Below, in pieces: positions 19,657-28,633 of a DNA stretch of 64,000 bases. The DNA is from a plasmid: the sequence record NZ_CP013482.1. One strand, given 5' to 3'. The position numbers and the translations under genes are program-made. The first letter of the stretch is position 1. Every line of letters begins with the position of its first letter. A model generated the notes under the pieces. That model saw only the letters and a program-made list of their open reading frames with translations. It was not told where the DNA came from and did not search any database.

Positions 19657-19847
19657 GCCAACGCGTGAGCGCGGGCATGCTGAGCGTGATATGCGCGAAT
19701 CTTCTCGCGACCGTCTTCTAAACTGTTCTCACCGGCGATCACTTGTGCTTTGACTGCCTCATAACGAGCGTCCTCCGATGGAGTCAGCCCTTCGAGACTA
19801 AGGCTGGCCTCGGCCTTCCGAAAGGCTTCCGCGTAGTTTTTGTTCAT
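19653..19847 (-). CDS. VbhA-like class I Fic antitoxin
   Basis: Inhibitory SxxxEG motif (ASLSLEGL) as in the recalled VbhA ASQRLEGL; 64 aa directly upstream of fic. Confidence 0.75.
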   Translation of the reverse strand: MNKNYAEAFRKAEASLSLEGLTPSEDARYEAVKAQVIAGENSLEDGREKIRAYHAQHARAHALA

Positions 19848-19963
19848 GATGGCGAAGTCCTAAACGTGGCACGGAAACAACAATAGTTTAGCGCATTACA
19901 CCTAAATTCACATTCCCAATTTGCTGTCAACTGAAAATTACGGCTAACCGAAAATCCGATTTT

Positions 19964-19976
19964 TTTAGCGGCTAAA
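19964..19976. promoter_or_regulatory. KorB operator OB between korB and the fic operon promoter
   Basis: TTTAGCGGCTAAA. Confidence 0.75.
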
Positions 19977-20030
19977 ATTCTCACCCCGTAAAAAAATCCC
20001 GCCGTAGCGGGATCTTGTGAGAAGAGTGTG

Positions 20031-21059
20031 TCAGCCTTCTACCAATGCCACCAATTGAACGTCACTCAAACTTGCTTCCACCTCCTGGCCGTCATCGTCG
20101 TATTTGAGCCACGCGAACCCTTCGGCTGGAGGACGCTTATTCAACATCAGACGTGCGGGACGATCACTGTAGCGCACCTGCACGATTGCTTTTTTCAGCT
20201 TGTCCGGATCGGGTTCCCGAATTCCCTTCCCGCCGTCTGCTTTGCCTTCACCTTTGTTCTGTTGACGACCCGCCTCCGCGTCTGTTTGCCCGGTAAGTCC
20301 GTCGACCGTGTTGGGGTCACGATCCGCCGATTGACTATCGATGAATTCGCGGAGCAACTTGATCGAGCCACGCGTAATTTCCTGATCCGGGTCATCCAGC
20401 CAGTCTTCAACTTCCTTCGGATTCGCTTTGTGCGCCTTGACCAACTCGTTGACGACAGTCACATCCCGAACACGGTCATTGTAGAAAGCCTCCGCAATGG
20501 GTTCCGGGAGATCGAGAAGGGCAACGTGCTGGGAAATGAAGGCTGCGGATTTACCTAATGCCTCTGCGATTTCCCCTTTCTTGAATCCTTGAGACAAGCG
20601 CTTTCCGATGTGGTCAGCAATTTCACGCGCGGTCAATCCATCGCGCTGAATATTTTCGATGACTTGATCGTCTCGATCGTAGTCGTTATCCAGAAAGCCA
20701 GGGATCTGCGAAAATCCGGCCCACTTCGTGCCGCGATAGCGGCGTGCACCGTGATTAATCAAAAAGCGTCCTGGGGCATCCGGGTTGTCACGAAGAGAAA
20801 TGGGCGTCTTGATGCGGCCACGCCGCTTGATCGTAGCGCCCAACTCCGCGATGCTCTCGGGGGAGAAACCAGGGTTTTCGGGGCCCCGCGGCTGCGCAGG
20901 ATCCTCGTCGATCAAGCTCATGTCGAACATGCGCGGGCCGCCATCATTAGCCGTCGGCGTGGGCTTCTTCAACAACGATGCGAGATCCCCGACTTTCTCG
21001 AGACCAAGGCCGCCGCGCTTCTGCTGTTGGTTTTGACCTGCCTTTGCCGTAGCACCCAT
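20031..21059 (-). CDS. korB: KorB (ParB-family partition and global regulator)
   Basis: End-to-end similarity to recalled RP4 KorB, including C-terminal GFAWLKYDDDGQEVEASLSDVQLVALVEG. Confidence 0.9.
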   Translation of the reverse strand: MGATAKAGQNQQQKRGGLGLEKVGDLASLLKKPTPTANDGGPRMFDMSLIDEDPAQPRGPENPGFSPESIAELGATIKRRGRIKTPISLRDNPDAPGRFLINHGARRYRGTKWAGFSQIPGFLDNDYDRDDQVIENIQRDGLTAREIADHIGKRLSQGFKKGEIAEALGKSAAFISQHVALLDLPEPIAEAFYNDRVRDVTVVNELVKAHKANPKEVEDWLDDPDQEITRGSIKLLREFIDSQSADRDPNTVDGLTGQTDAEAGRQQNKGEGKADGGKGIREPDPDKLKKAIVQVRYSDRPARLMLNKRPPAEGFAWLKYDDDGQEVEASLSDVQLVALVEG

Positions 21060-22135
21060 TACACAAGCTCCATTTTCTTAAACACATAATCAATCATCGC
21101 GCGCATTTCCCTGGTTGCCACCCGCGCTGCGGTCTTCTTCACATGCCAGACTGGCATTTGATCACCCACGGCTTCCGCGATGCTGTCGCGCAGACCGATC
21201 GCAACAGGGGCCACAAGGTCAGGATAGGCATTCTTTACTTGGGCCAAGTTATCCAGGTGGCGTGGCTTCCGGCTATCGATCTTGTTCGGGATCATCCCGA
21301 TGAATTCAAGCCCAGGGTTGTAGTCCATAAGGTTGTGGATGACCGTCAGCAACTTTGCGATGCCCTGCAAGCTGTAGGCTTCCATTTCCAGGGGGCAAAA
21401 CACATAATCACTCGATACAAGCACCGCACTCAGAATGACGCCAAGAGAGGGCGGGGTGTCGATCACCGCAACGTCGACATAATCGCCCAGCGCCTCCATA
21501 TTCGCCCGGAAATTCCCCATTGCCTCCGCCTGATCCATCTTCTCTACGTCGGCCAACGCGTCGTCAGCAGCGATCAGTGACAGACCAGTGTTATCCCGCT
21601 CGTCAAAATAGGAGCGCAAGTCTTCAGGAGTTCCAGTGAATAGGGCACTGGCCGGATAGCCACTGTCGCGACTGGAGAGTGTCCAGCTCGCGCTACCTTG
21701 GGTATCGCAGTCGATTACGGCCGCACGCACGCCCATCTCTTCCAGAGCGAACGCAATATGAACTGTCTGCGATGTCTTTCCCTGCCCCCCCTTCTGGATT
21801 GCGCCAGCAATAGCCTTCAGCCGCGTGTTTCCGATTTTTTTTCCGCGTCGCGCGCCCACTTCTTCACGATGAACGCTTGCCGTACCGGCAAGATTGCCGT
21901 TACTCGCTCGAACCCTTGAGGCAGATCGACCTTTTTGTGCGCTTCCCACACCCGATTTACCGCCTGCGACACGGCTCCGCGAGTGAGGTTTAGCTCCTTC
22001 ACGAACGTCGCTTGCTGCTGTCCGTTCACCAGCACTGCCCGAGCTATGTCGAGCGTTTGCTGTCCCACGTCCAGCCCGCGAGTTGCCTTCACGAACTGCG
22101 CTTCCGTCAATGCCTTCTTCATGATTTCCACCCAT
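21059..22135 (-). CDS. incC: IncC (ParA-family partition ATPase, long form)
   Basis: Deviant Walker A KGGQGKTS; start ATG with GGAGAGAG RBS; ORF extends to 22183. Confidence 0.85.
   Translation of the reverse strand: MGGNHEEGIDGSAVREGNSRAGRGTANARHSSGSAGERTAASDVREGAKPHSRSRVAGGKSGVGSAQKGRSASRVRASNGNLAGTASVHREEVGARRGKKIGNTRLKAIAGAIQKGGQGKTSQTVHIAFALEEMGVRAAVIDCDTQGSASWTLSSRDSGYPASALFTGTPEDLRSYFDERDNTGLSLIAADDALADVEKMDQAEAMGNFRANMEALGDYVDVAVIDTPPSLGVILSAVLVSSDYVFCPLEMEAYSLQGIAKLLTVIHNLMDYNPGLEFIGMIPNKIDSRKPRHLDNLAQVKNAYPDLVAPVAIGLRDSIAEAVGDQMPVWHVKKTAARVATREMRAMIDYVFKKMELV
21817..22122 (-). CDS. korA: KorA global repressor, nested in the incC 5' region in another frame
   Basis: MKKALTEAQF..GQQT..LTRGAVSQAV..AILPVRQAFIVKKW matches recalled RP4 KorA. 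Confidence 0.9.
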   Translation of the reverse strand: MKKALTEAQFVKATRGLDVGQQTLDIARAVLVNGQQQATFVKELNLTRGAVSQAVNRVWEAHKKVDLPQGFERVTAILPVRQAFIVKKWARDAEKKSETRG

Positions 22136-22189
22136 AAAACACTCTCTCCGCGTCAAGGGTTCAACAAGCGGTGTCAGCCGCAACCATGA

Positions 22190-22245
22190 AACATAGTTTA
22201 GCTAAACTTCGATATGCCGTCAACACTTTAGCCGCTAAAATTCTT
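22190..22245 (-). promoter_or_regulatory. korA promoter: -35 TTGACG, 17 bp spacer, -10 TAAACT overlapped by OA GTTTAGCTAAAC (22196..22207); OB TTTAGCCGCTAAA (22227..22239) just upstream of -35
   Basis: Same operator layout as recalled RK2 korAp. Confidence 0.8.
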
Positions 22246-22252
22246 ATGCTGG

Positions 22253-22276
22253 CAAAAAAAACCCGGCAAGGCCGGG
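22253..22276 (-). terminator. Intrinsic terminator ending the kle-like operon upstream of korAp
   Basis: cccggc aag gccggg hairpin followed by a U8 run on the minus transcript. Confidence 0.6.
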
Positions 22277-22318
22277 TCTATCATACGCCAGTGATTGACG
22301 CATATTGAGGCGCTTCAT

Positions 22319-22678
22319 CTAAACGCCCTTTGGTCTAAAACAGGTAACGAAGTAGGTCAACGCAGCGAGTACAGCGAAGTGCAGCAGGAACGTGAGGCCC
22401 GCGTGAACGCCTGGCGTTTCCCAATGCCAGAGCATCCTAAAAAACTGAAATGCAACATCGAGAGACAGAAGCCATTTAACCGGTCTCCAAAACAGTGCGA
22501 GCGTTACCCATAGCGCCTTGACTATCGCCAACAACACGGGAGTCAGGCCGACGCGGGTCGTCTTCGCACCCTTTCCTGGCGTAAAGACAGCCGAGGGCGG
22601 GGGCAACTCAACAGTCTTCCCCTCGGAACGCTCAACGGTCGGGGGGGTGCCCCCCGGAAACTTGATGACATTCGACAT
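22319..22678 (-). CDS. Kle-region membrane protein (KleE-like position)
   Basis: Internal start MSNVIKF with GAGGG RBS; two TM helices. Confidence 0.45.
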   Translation of the reverse strand: MSNVIKFPGGTPPTVERSEGKTVELPPPSAVFTPGKGAKTTRVGLTPVLLAIVKALWVTLALFWRPVKWLLSLDVAFQFFRMLWHWETPGVHAGLTFLLHFAVLAALTYFVTCFRPKGV

Positions 22679-22793
22679 GACTTGACCCTCTACACAATTG
22701 CAGGTTGAATAGTACCCGCAAGCAATCTCCGCGTAGCTTGTGGTTCGATGTGTCAGCGTCGGCCGGACGCCCTGGCTATCCGGGGCGTCATCT

Positions 22794-22991
22794 CTACTTC
22801 TTCGGACGCACGTCCCCCGCACTCAACATCGCTGCCACAAGGCGCATTTCTTCTGGCGGCGTCATGCATCTTGCACACACGTCGGCCAGCTCCTTTGCAT
22901 CCGCTCGAAACACCGCAGACGCACTATACAGCGTGGGATAACTCATCCCACAGCGACGGCAGACAGTTGCCGTCACAGAAAACATTTTCAT
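22794..22991 (-). CDS. Small Cys-containing protein, first gene after promoter/operator copy 1
   Basis: 65 aa; CxxC..C..C; ATG preceded by the conserved leader. Confidence 0.45.
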   Translation of the reverse strand: MKMFSVTATVCRRCGMSYPTLYSASAVFRADAKELADVCARCMTPPEEMRLVAAMLSAGDVRPKK

Positions 22992-23041
22992 CGGACTTTC
23001 CCGGTCGTTGACCTGAGCGACTAGCTCGGCCTTACGCTTAC

Positions 23042-23070
23042 AGCATAGGTCTTAAAGACCTATTTTGCAA
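23042..23070 (-). promoter_or_regulatory. Sigma70-like promoter (-35 TTGCAA, 17 bp, -10 TATGCT) with the 19-bp palindrome ATAGGTCTTAAAGACCTAT between the hexamers
   Basis: Read on the minus strand; a second copy lies at 24606..24635. Confidence 0.6.
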
Positions 23071-23075
23071 GCGAA

Positions 23076-23087
23076 ATTTAGCTAAAC
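23076..23087. promoter_or_regulatory. KorA-operator-like site ATTTAGCTAAAC overlapping the stop codon of the 23082..23351 gene
   Basis: 11/12 match to GTTTAGCTAAAC. Confidence 0.5.
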
Positions 23088-23351
23088 ATCGTTTGCCGTC
23101 ATGCCTTTCTGCCAGATTCTGGCGATACCCGCAAAGTCACAGAAGATCGCCCAAGCGGCATACGGGATCGGTGCGTCCTCACCAATCCAGCGTCTCACCT
23201 GGCGCCCATCCGCAATACCAACGAGTTTCGCTGCCTGTGCGCCGCTCAACCCGGTTCTTCTCAGGATCTCGCGTACCTCCTCACCATTTGGCCGCAACCA
23301 TTCGTCGGAAAACGGGGTGAGGCAACCTTCTCGGATTTTGCTTTGCTCCAT
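23082..23351 (-). CDS. HTH DNA-binding protein (candidate KorC-like repressor)
   Basis: 89 aa; GLSGAQAAKLVGIADGRQVRRW helix-turn-helix. Confidence 0.45.
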   Translation of the reverse strand: MEQSKIREGCLTPFSDEWLRPNGEEVREILRRTGLSGAQAAKLVGIADGRQVRRWIGEDAPIPYAAWAIFCDFAGIARIWQKGMTANDV

Positions 23352-23660
23352 TGCGTCCCTTGCAAGTTATCTCGATGGCAAGATTTTACCCGCCCCGATC
23401 AACGGTTACGCCGGTTCCAGCTCGTCAAAGCCGTACAACGTTTGAATGCACTTGGGATCTGAGTAAACGACGCAACGACCCAGGCGGCTTGTGTGGTAAG
23501 TCGCAGGCTTGTCATCGTAGGCCCACACTGAGTGATCGTTGACTTTAGCGACCACTACAACCCTTCCGGTCCTTGTGCCAAGGCGTGAGCTGACGACCTT
23601 GCAACGCTGGTGCACAAATAGGGGAGGTGTGTCATGCCCTGCCCGGACGATCTCCGGTGA

Positions 23661-24428
23661 TTACCGATTGACCGGTGCTGCTACTGCCTCTCCCGAGCCG
23701 TCTTCCTCCACCAGCTTCGCAAGAGTCTCATAGGACCATTTCTTGACTTGCCACGCCTTGTGCGCCGGCAAGATCACGTCGACGATTTCGTACCCGTCTG
23801 GTGCGGTTTCCGGGATACGCCGCGCCGGCGGACGCAATCCCTTTAGCCAGTCGGGGAGTGCTTGGCGAGCCAAGCGATCCCGGTATTCCACCGCGATTAA
23901 TAACGCCCCCCGCTTTTCGGCCCGGATGGTGCGAATAGCCGATCGAGCAGCCTCGTCAACAGTCATGCCATAGTGGCAATTGAGAAAATGCGACCTATAC
24001 CCAGTTTCTGAAATGAACTCAGCGTCGAGGTCAACCGCCAGGAACTCAAAGTGCATGGAGGTCCGAAACTTATGTGCGCAGTACTGCACGATGACTCTCA
24101 TACCGTCGACCTGAATCAAGAAAGCCCCACGCTGCCCCCAGTGAGGAATAGCCCCCGGTGCTGCTGCACAGTGTGCGACCATCAGGTTTCCAGGTGACGA
24201 CGCGTTAGCGTAGCTTCCAAAATTCGTGCCGCCGTTCAGCTTCCACACGCACGCGTCATATCTACGTCCGGCGAGCGCCGCGCCGTCCTGATCGGCTCGC
24301 ATGATGGCGTCATCAAACGCTTGAGAGAATTCTTTCCCTGCCTCAAACAGCGATGCCGTGTCAGTAGGCAACTGCTCCGAGAGCGATTGCAGCTCAACTG
24401 ACTCGTTGTCGGTAACGCGCTTTGCCAT
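23661..24428 (-). CDS. Hypothetical protein, 255 aa (klc-region cargo)
   Basis: Long clean ORF downstream of promoter/operator copy 2. Confidence 0.5.
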   Translation of the reverse strand: MAKRVTDNESVELQSLSEQLPTDTASLFEAGKEFSQAFDDAIMRADQDGAALAGRRYDACVWKLNGGTNFGSYANASSPGNLMVAHCAAAPGAIPHWGQRGAFLIQVDGMRVIVQYCAHKFRTSMHFEFLAVDLDAEFISETGYRSHFLNCHYGMTVDEAARSAIRTIRAEKRGALLIAVEYRDRLARQALPDWLKGLRPPARRIPETAPDGYEIVDVILPAHKAWQVKKWSYETLAKLVEEDGSGEAVAAPVNR

Positions 24429-24448
24429 AGTCTTCTCCTCGCCCAGGT

Positions 24449-24556
24449 CTTATGCGTCCTGCAAGGTGCGATAACCCGAGTGGCCCAGGTGCTCTGCAAG
24501 GCAGGCCATATGTTCGGTGTGAGGCACGACGTGCGCGAGGATTACGGTATTGCTCA
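24449..24556 (-). CDS. 35-aa leader peptide ORF (MSNTVILAHVVPHTEHMACLAEHLGHSGYRTLQDA)
   Basis: GGAGAA RBS inside a conserved 5' leader shared with the 22794..22991 operon. Confidence 0.3.
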
Positions 24557-24605
24557 TCAGATTTCTCCGGTGGTCGACCTGAGCGAAAAGCCCGGCCATG
24601 TATAG

Positions 24606-24635
24606 AGCATAGGTCTTAAAGACCTATGCTGTCAA
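24606..24635 (-). promoter_or_regulatory. Second copy of the palindromic-operator promoter (-35 TTGACA, -10 TATGCT, palindrome 24609..24627)
   Basis: Identical 19-bp palindrome and the same leader element TCGCTCAGGTCRAC. Confidence 0.6.
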
Positions 24636-25023
24636 ACGCTGTTTACAGCCATTTTGGCGGCTTGGTTCCGAAGTGTGAGGGGGTGGCACCCCCTCTTTGG
24701 AGTAAAACCAGCCCTGGGCTTTCTGTGGTGTGTGAAGGCTACGAACTTGCCGATAGCAATTACTTTTGGGGAGGCCAACGGCTTGCCGTTGGCATAGCGA
24801 AGCGGTCGAAGCCCGTAGGGCGCTGTGTCATTGGGTGAGGCCGAAGGCCGAGGGCGAAGCCCTAGCGGGGATGGGAGAGCCGCTTGCGGCTCGGGTGGGT
24901 TCGAGAAGGGGCGCAGCGCCCTTCGGCGCGTTAAAGAATATAAAGGTTATTAACCGCGCGCGCGTTACGGCTGTGGAAACCGCTTATAACCCAATGATTG
25001 TGCGCAAGGTTTTTCCTGCGCTT

Positions 25024-25340
25024 GTGGGGAATATGCCGTGACTTCGTGGGGTGATATGCCGTGGCTATCCACAGGAAGACGTGGCTGATATGCCGGGACT
25101 GTCCACAGCGTGGCTGATATGCCGACAGAACCAAGGCTGCCCTGGGGGCGTGGGCAATATGCCGTGTCACTGATTCATCGAAAATAGACGGCCTGGTCGG
25201 CCGAAATTCACGCCTCTTTGGAATGCGAGGAGGCTGAGATCGATTATTGAGGGGGTGGGTGTGGGTGATATGCCGTCACGAGCGTTGGGGGCGGTGACTC
25301 CCTTTCGCGTTGCCGACTTCGCGCGTGGGTAATATGCCGC
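25024..25340. repeat. oriV: oriV iteron array: 7 direct repeats of GTGGSYRATATGCCG with DnaA-box-like TATCCACA (25066..25073) and TGTCCACA (25101..25108)
   Basis: Iterons start at 25025, 25046, 25081, 25110, 25150, 25261, 25325; all the same orientation; adjacent to the 3' end of trfA. Confidence 0.8.
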
Positions 25341-25394
25341 GACAGAATGAAAAACGCCCCGTTTTGCGGGGCGTTTGCGGGAGCGGGTAGAGGC

Positions 25395-26492
25395 TCAGGT
25401 GAACGACGCTATTTTTTTGAGCTTTCGAGTGTCGCGGCCACTGCGCGGAGCCGGTTTCACGCCCTCGGTCACAAGCTTCCGGACGCTCTTACGGAAGAAC
25501 CGAACTTCGTCCAGTGGAGTCAACACAAACGTGTAATCCGGGAGAATGCTGTCAGAGTGAATGTCTTTGAGCATGCGACGAAACTCCCGCATCGACGCTC
25601 GGCTGCCGGTCTTCTCGTATAACAGCGGCAGGTTGATCATCCAAGTCGATTGATGCCCGCAATGCTTCCTGGCCAACTCGTACAAGCGACGTTCCAACGG
25701 CTTGCGCAATCGAAAATAGTCGCGATGGATGGTCAATACCTCATGATTCTGAATGGCCTCAAAGTACCAGTCAGACAGAGTAACCTCAATTGCCACGTTC
25801 CGGTCGTCGTTGGGAGCCTTTTCGACACCTTCCCAGGATTCTATTAGGCCGAACGTCTTTTTCTGACGTTTGCCCCCGGTCTTAATGTCGGTCTTGATCA
25901 TCGTACCTTTCAGCCGATCCAAGGCGCTTTCGAGCTGGCTGTACTGACTCCCTCCGGTTTCGCGGTTCGTGGCGACAAGGTATTCATAGACGATGAATCG
26001 CACCCGTCTGTTCTTGGCATCCGGCCGCTTCGTGTTCAGCGCCTCTGTCATCTGTGACGCCAGGAAAATGAGCACGTCCTTATCGAAAACGGTCGCACGA
26101 CCTTTAACGCTCGGAATAACCTCAATGTTTCGGGAGTTATCTTTGCTGCTCCAGCGCCATGTACTGAGATCCGGCCGCGTGGACAGCGAGAAGATCGGCG
26201 CTTCCATGCTCGGCGCGTCGTCCTTCATCGCGTAATCCAGCATGTCGCAAAGGAAAAAATCGCGCTCTACGTTGCGGATAGGCAGCAACTTTGAACGACG
26301 GCGGTACGTTGCTATTTCAATCTTGCCGTCTTCGGGGGAGGCGGGCGAGGGCGACTCAACAGTGACCAGTTCGCGCTCTGCCTCGGAGAAAAGGGCCAAA
26401 TCGCCTTGGCGCTGCCGTGCTTCCTCGGCGCGCTGTTCCATAAGGCGTGAAACTCGCGAATAGTCTGCGCTGCTTTTCGTCGTGTCAGACAT
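25395..26492 (-). CDS. trfA: Replication initiator TrfA-family Rep
   Basis: Second gene of the ssb-trfA operon beside oriV; start MSDTTK with GGAG RBS; TrfA-like DFFLCDMLDYAMKDD block. Confidence 0.7.
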   Translation of the reverse strand: MSDTTKSSADYSRVSRLMEQRAEEARQRQGDLALFSEAERELVTVESPSPASPEDGKIEIATYRRRSKLLPIRNVERDFFLCDMLDYAMKDDAPSMEAPIFSLSTRPDLSTWRWSSKDNSRNIEVIPSVKGRATVFDKDVLIFLASQMTEALNTKRPDAKNRRVRFIVYEYLVATNRETGGSQYSQLESALDRLKGTMIKTDIKTGGKRQKKTFGLIESWEGVEKAPNDDRNVAIEVTLSDWYFEAIQNHEVLTIHRDYFRLRKPLERRLYELARKHCGHQSTWMINLPLLYEKTGSRASMREFRRMLKDIHSDSILPDYTFVLTPLDEVRFFRKSVRKLVTEGVKPAPRSGRDTRKLKKIASFT

Positions 26493-26573
26493 GCTTACAC
26501 TCCACAAAGTACGGTGCATCTAACGGGGGCGAAGTGAGATCATCCCGCCTCGCCCACACATAACAGGATCGAA

Positions 26574-26927
26574 TCAATCCGAAGTTTGCTGTCCCGAAGG
26601 GGGCTTCGTATCCAAGTAATCGATCATTCCTGCGATGAAGTCCATCCCGTAGATCGTTTCACCGTCGCGGTCGTACTGCGTGGGTTCGACTCGGCCTTCA
26701 ACAAATACTTTGGATCCCTTACCAAGATATTTGCCTGCCGACTCCGCAATTACGCCGAACACTTTAATCCGGAAAAAATCAGTCTTTTCCTGCAAATTCT
26801 CGCTACTATCCCGCCATTTTCTGTCTACTGCAAGGGTGAGAGTAGCGATAGTGGTACTGCGCCCGGATTCTCGTACCTCAGCATCGCGAGTAAGATTGCC
26901 GCTGAATTGAAATCTGTTCACGCTCAT
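26574..26927 (-). CDS. ssb: Single-stranded DNA-binding protein
   Basis: OB-fold SSB N-terminus and acidic C-terminal tail; AAGGAG RBS. Confidence 0.8.
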   Translation of the reverse strand: MSVNRFQFSGNLTRDAEVRESGRSTTIATLTLAVDRKWRDSSENLQEKTDFFRIKVFGVIAESAGKYLGKGSKVFVEGRVEPTQYDRDGETIYGMDFIAGMIDYLDTKPPSGQQTSD

Positions 26928-26954
26928 GTGTACTACTCCTTGAGTTCGCACCTC

Positions 26955-27005
26955 AAAGTTTAGCTATACATTGGCAAGGAGTCAAGGAATTTTAGCCGCT
27001 AAAGT
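26955..27005. promoter_or_regulatory. Divergent trfA/trbA promoter region: trfAp -35 TTGACT / -10 TAAACT overlapped by OA-like GTTTAGCTATAC (26958..26969); OB 26991..27003
   Basis: Same architecture as korAp. Confidence 0.75.
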
Positions 27006-27040
27006 TTTCCAGACCACATACCCCGGAAGAGACCACAACT

Positions 27041-27406
27041 GTGTATAACGTGATCTTCTTTACCAACGTCCTTCGACTGATTGACGAGCTTGGTCTAACC
27101 AAGCAAGGACTCTCCGAAAAATCGGGGGTGTCCATGTCATTTCTATCTGATCTGACGAACGGTAAAGCTAACCCCTCCTTAGAAGTGATGGCTAAGATTG
27201 CCGCCGCGTTAGACACGCCATTGCCGATGCTTCTGGAGTCAACGGATCTCGACACCGCGACTCTTGAAATCATTGCTAACGGCAAGGCACCGAAAAGTGT
27301 TCCCGATGGCTACGAACGCGTATGTGCCGTTCTTCCAGAGCGCCAGGCTTTCATAGTTAAAAAGTGGGGCGAAGCAACGCGAAAGAAGCTACGCACTGAC
27401 GCGTAG
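27041..27406 (+). CDS. trbA: TrbA repressor (HTH with KorA-like C-terminus)
   Basis: C-terminus AVLPERQAFIVKKW parallels KorA AILPVRQAFIVKKW; GTG start. Confidence 0.8.
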   Translation: MYNVIFFTNVLRLIDELGLTKQGLSEKSGVSMSFLSDLTNGKANPSLEVMAKIAAALDTPLPMLLESTDLDTATLEIIANGKAPKSVPDGYERVCAVLPERQAFIVKKWGEATRKKLRTDA

Positions 27407-27428
27407 TCCTAAAGATCCCCGCCGGCTT

Positions 27429-27441
27429 TTTAGCCGCTAAA
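27429..27441. promoter_or_regulatory. KorB operator OB at trbBp
   Basis: TTTAGCCGCTAAA. Confidence 0.75.
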
Positions 27442-27622
27442 GTGCCCTCTATATGGGGGCACTTTTTTTGCCTGCCGTTTTGATCGGCACTGCCATCTTA
27501 TTTTTCCCACGCGATTCTACCGGTAAATCGGAATTTGTGTAGCCAATTTTCGATATTGCGTAAATCTCATGTTTCGTTATATCGTTCGCACGGTGTAACG
27601 ATTTGAAACATGACGGGACAAA

Positions 27623-28618
27623 ATGGGAATCAGGGAAACCGATTTACCGAATCCGGGGCAGGGGAGTGCCCCCCCCGATTCATCCGCGAAGCGAACAATC
27701 GAGCGCCTGGCGATGGAAATGGGCGATGTCGCTTTGCACGCGTTCAACGACCCCCAGACCATCGAATTGATGCTCAACCCGGACGGCAGCCTGTGGGTTG
27801 AGCGGCTTGGTGAACCTCTGAAACACATCGGCCATATGCAGGAGTCTGTCGCTCAGACCATTCTCCGCACGATTGCCGGATTTCACGGCGAAATCATTAC
27901 CGAGTCATCGCCACGCCTGGAATGCAATTTCCCCATCGATGGATCCCGCTTCGCGGGCCAGATTCCGCCCGTTGTCCGCGCCCCTTCGTTTGCTATTCGC
28001 AAACGCGCGTCGTCGGTGTTCACGATCGATGAGTACGTAGAAAAGAAAATCATGACTCGCGAGCAAGCTGCGCTCATCAAAGGGCTGATCGCTGATCGTC
28101 GAAACATCCTGATCGCAGGGGGCACAAGTAGCGGAAAAACAACGCTACTCAACGCCGTGGCGGCGGAACAAGTTCACGTCAGCCCAGATGATCGGTTTTT
28201 GATTGTTGAGGACACACAAGAGCTGCAAGTCAGCGCGAAAAACAAAGTCGAGTTCAAGACCACAAAAACAGTCGACTCCGGCGAGCTGCTACGCACCTCG
28301 CTTCGGATGCGCCCCGACCGAATCCTGTTCGGTGAGGTTCGCGGCAAAGAAGCGCTGGACATGCTGATGGCGTGGAACACCGGTCACGAAGGTGGGGCCG
28401 CGACGATCCACGCCAACACCCCCGAATCCACGCTTTCTCGCCTCTACATGGCGGTGTCGATGCACAGCAACGCGCCGCGAGAGATCGAGCCGCTGATTGG
28501 CGAAGCGGTTCATGCAGTAGTCCACATCGCCAAAACCAAGGAACACGGCCGCCGCATCACCGGAATCATGGAATTGAATGGATTCCAGGACGGCCGCTAC
28601 CTGTTACGCAACGTCTAA
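27623..28618 (+). CDS. trbB: TrbB (VirB11-family traffic ATPase)
   Basis: IELMLNPDGSLWVERLG; Walker A GGTSSGKTT. Confidence 0.9.
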   Translation: MGIRETDLPNPGQGSAPPDSSAKRTIERLAMEMGDVALHAFNDPQTIELMLNPDGSLWVERLGEPLKHIGHMQESVAQTILRTIAGFHGEIITESSPRLECNFPIDGSRFAGQIPPVVRAPSFAIRKRASSVFTIDEYVEKKIMTREQAALIKGLIADRRNILIAGGTSSGKTTLLNAVAAEQVHVSPDDRFLIVEDTQELQVSAKNKVEFKTTKTVDSGELLRTSLRMRPDRILFGEVRGKEALDMLMAWNTGHEGGAATIHANTPESTLSRLYMAVSMHSNAPREIEPLIGEAVHAVVHIAKTKEHGRRITGIMELNGFQDGRYLLRNV

Positions 28619-28633
28619 AAGGAAATTCCACCG

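Noticed and set aside
25024-25340. Spaced direct repeats considered as a CRISPR array
   Set aside because: Repeats are 15-17 bp with irregular 22-110 bp spacing, beside a Rep gene and DnaA boxes; these are replication iterons.
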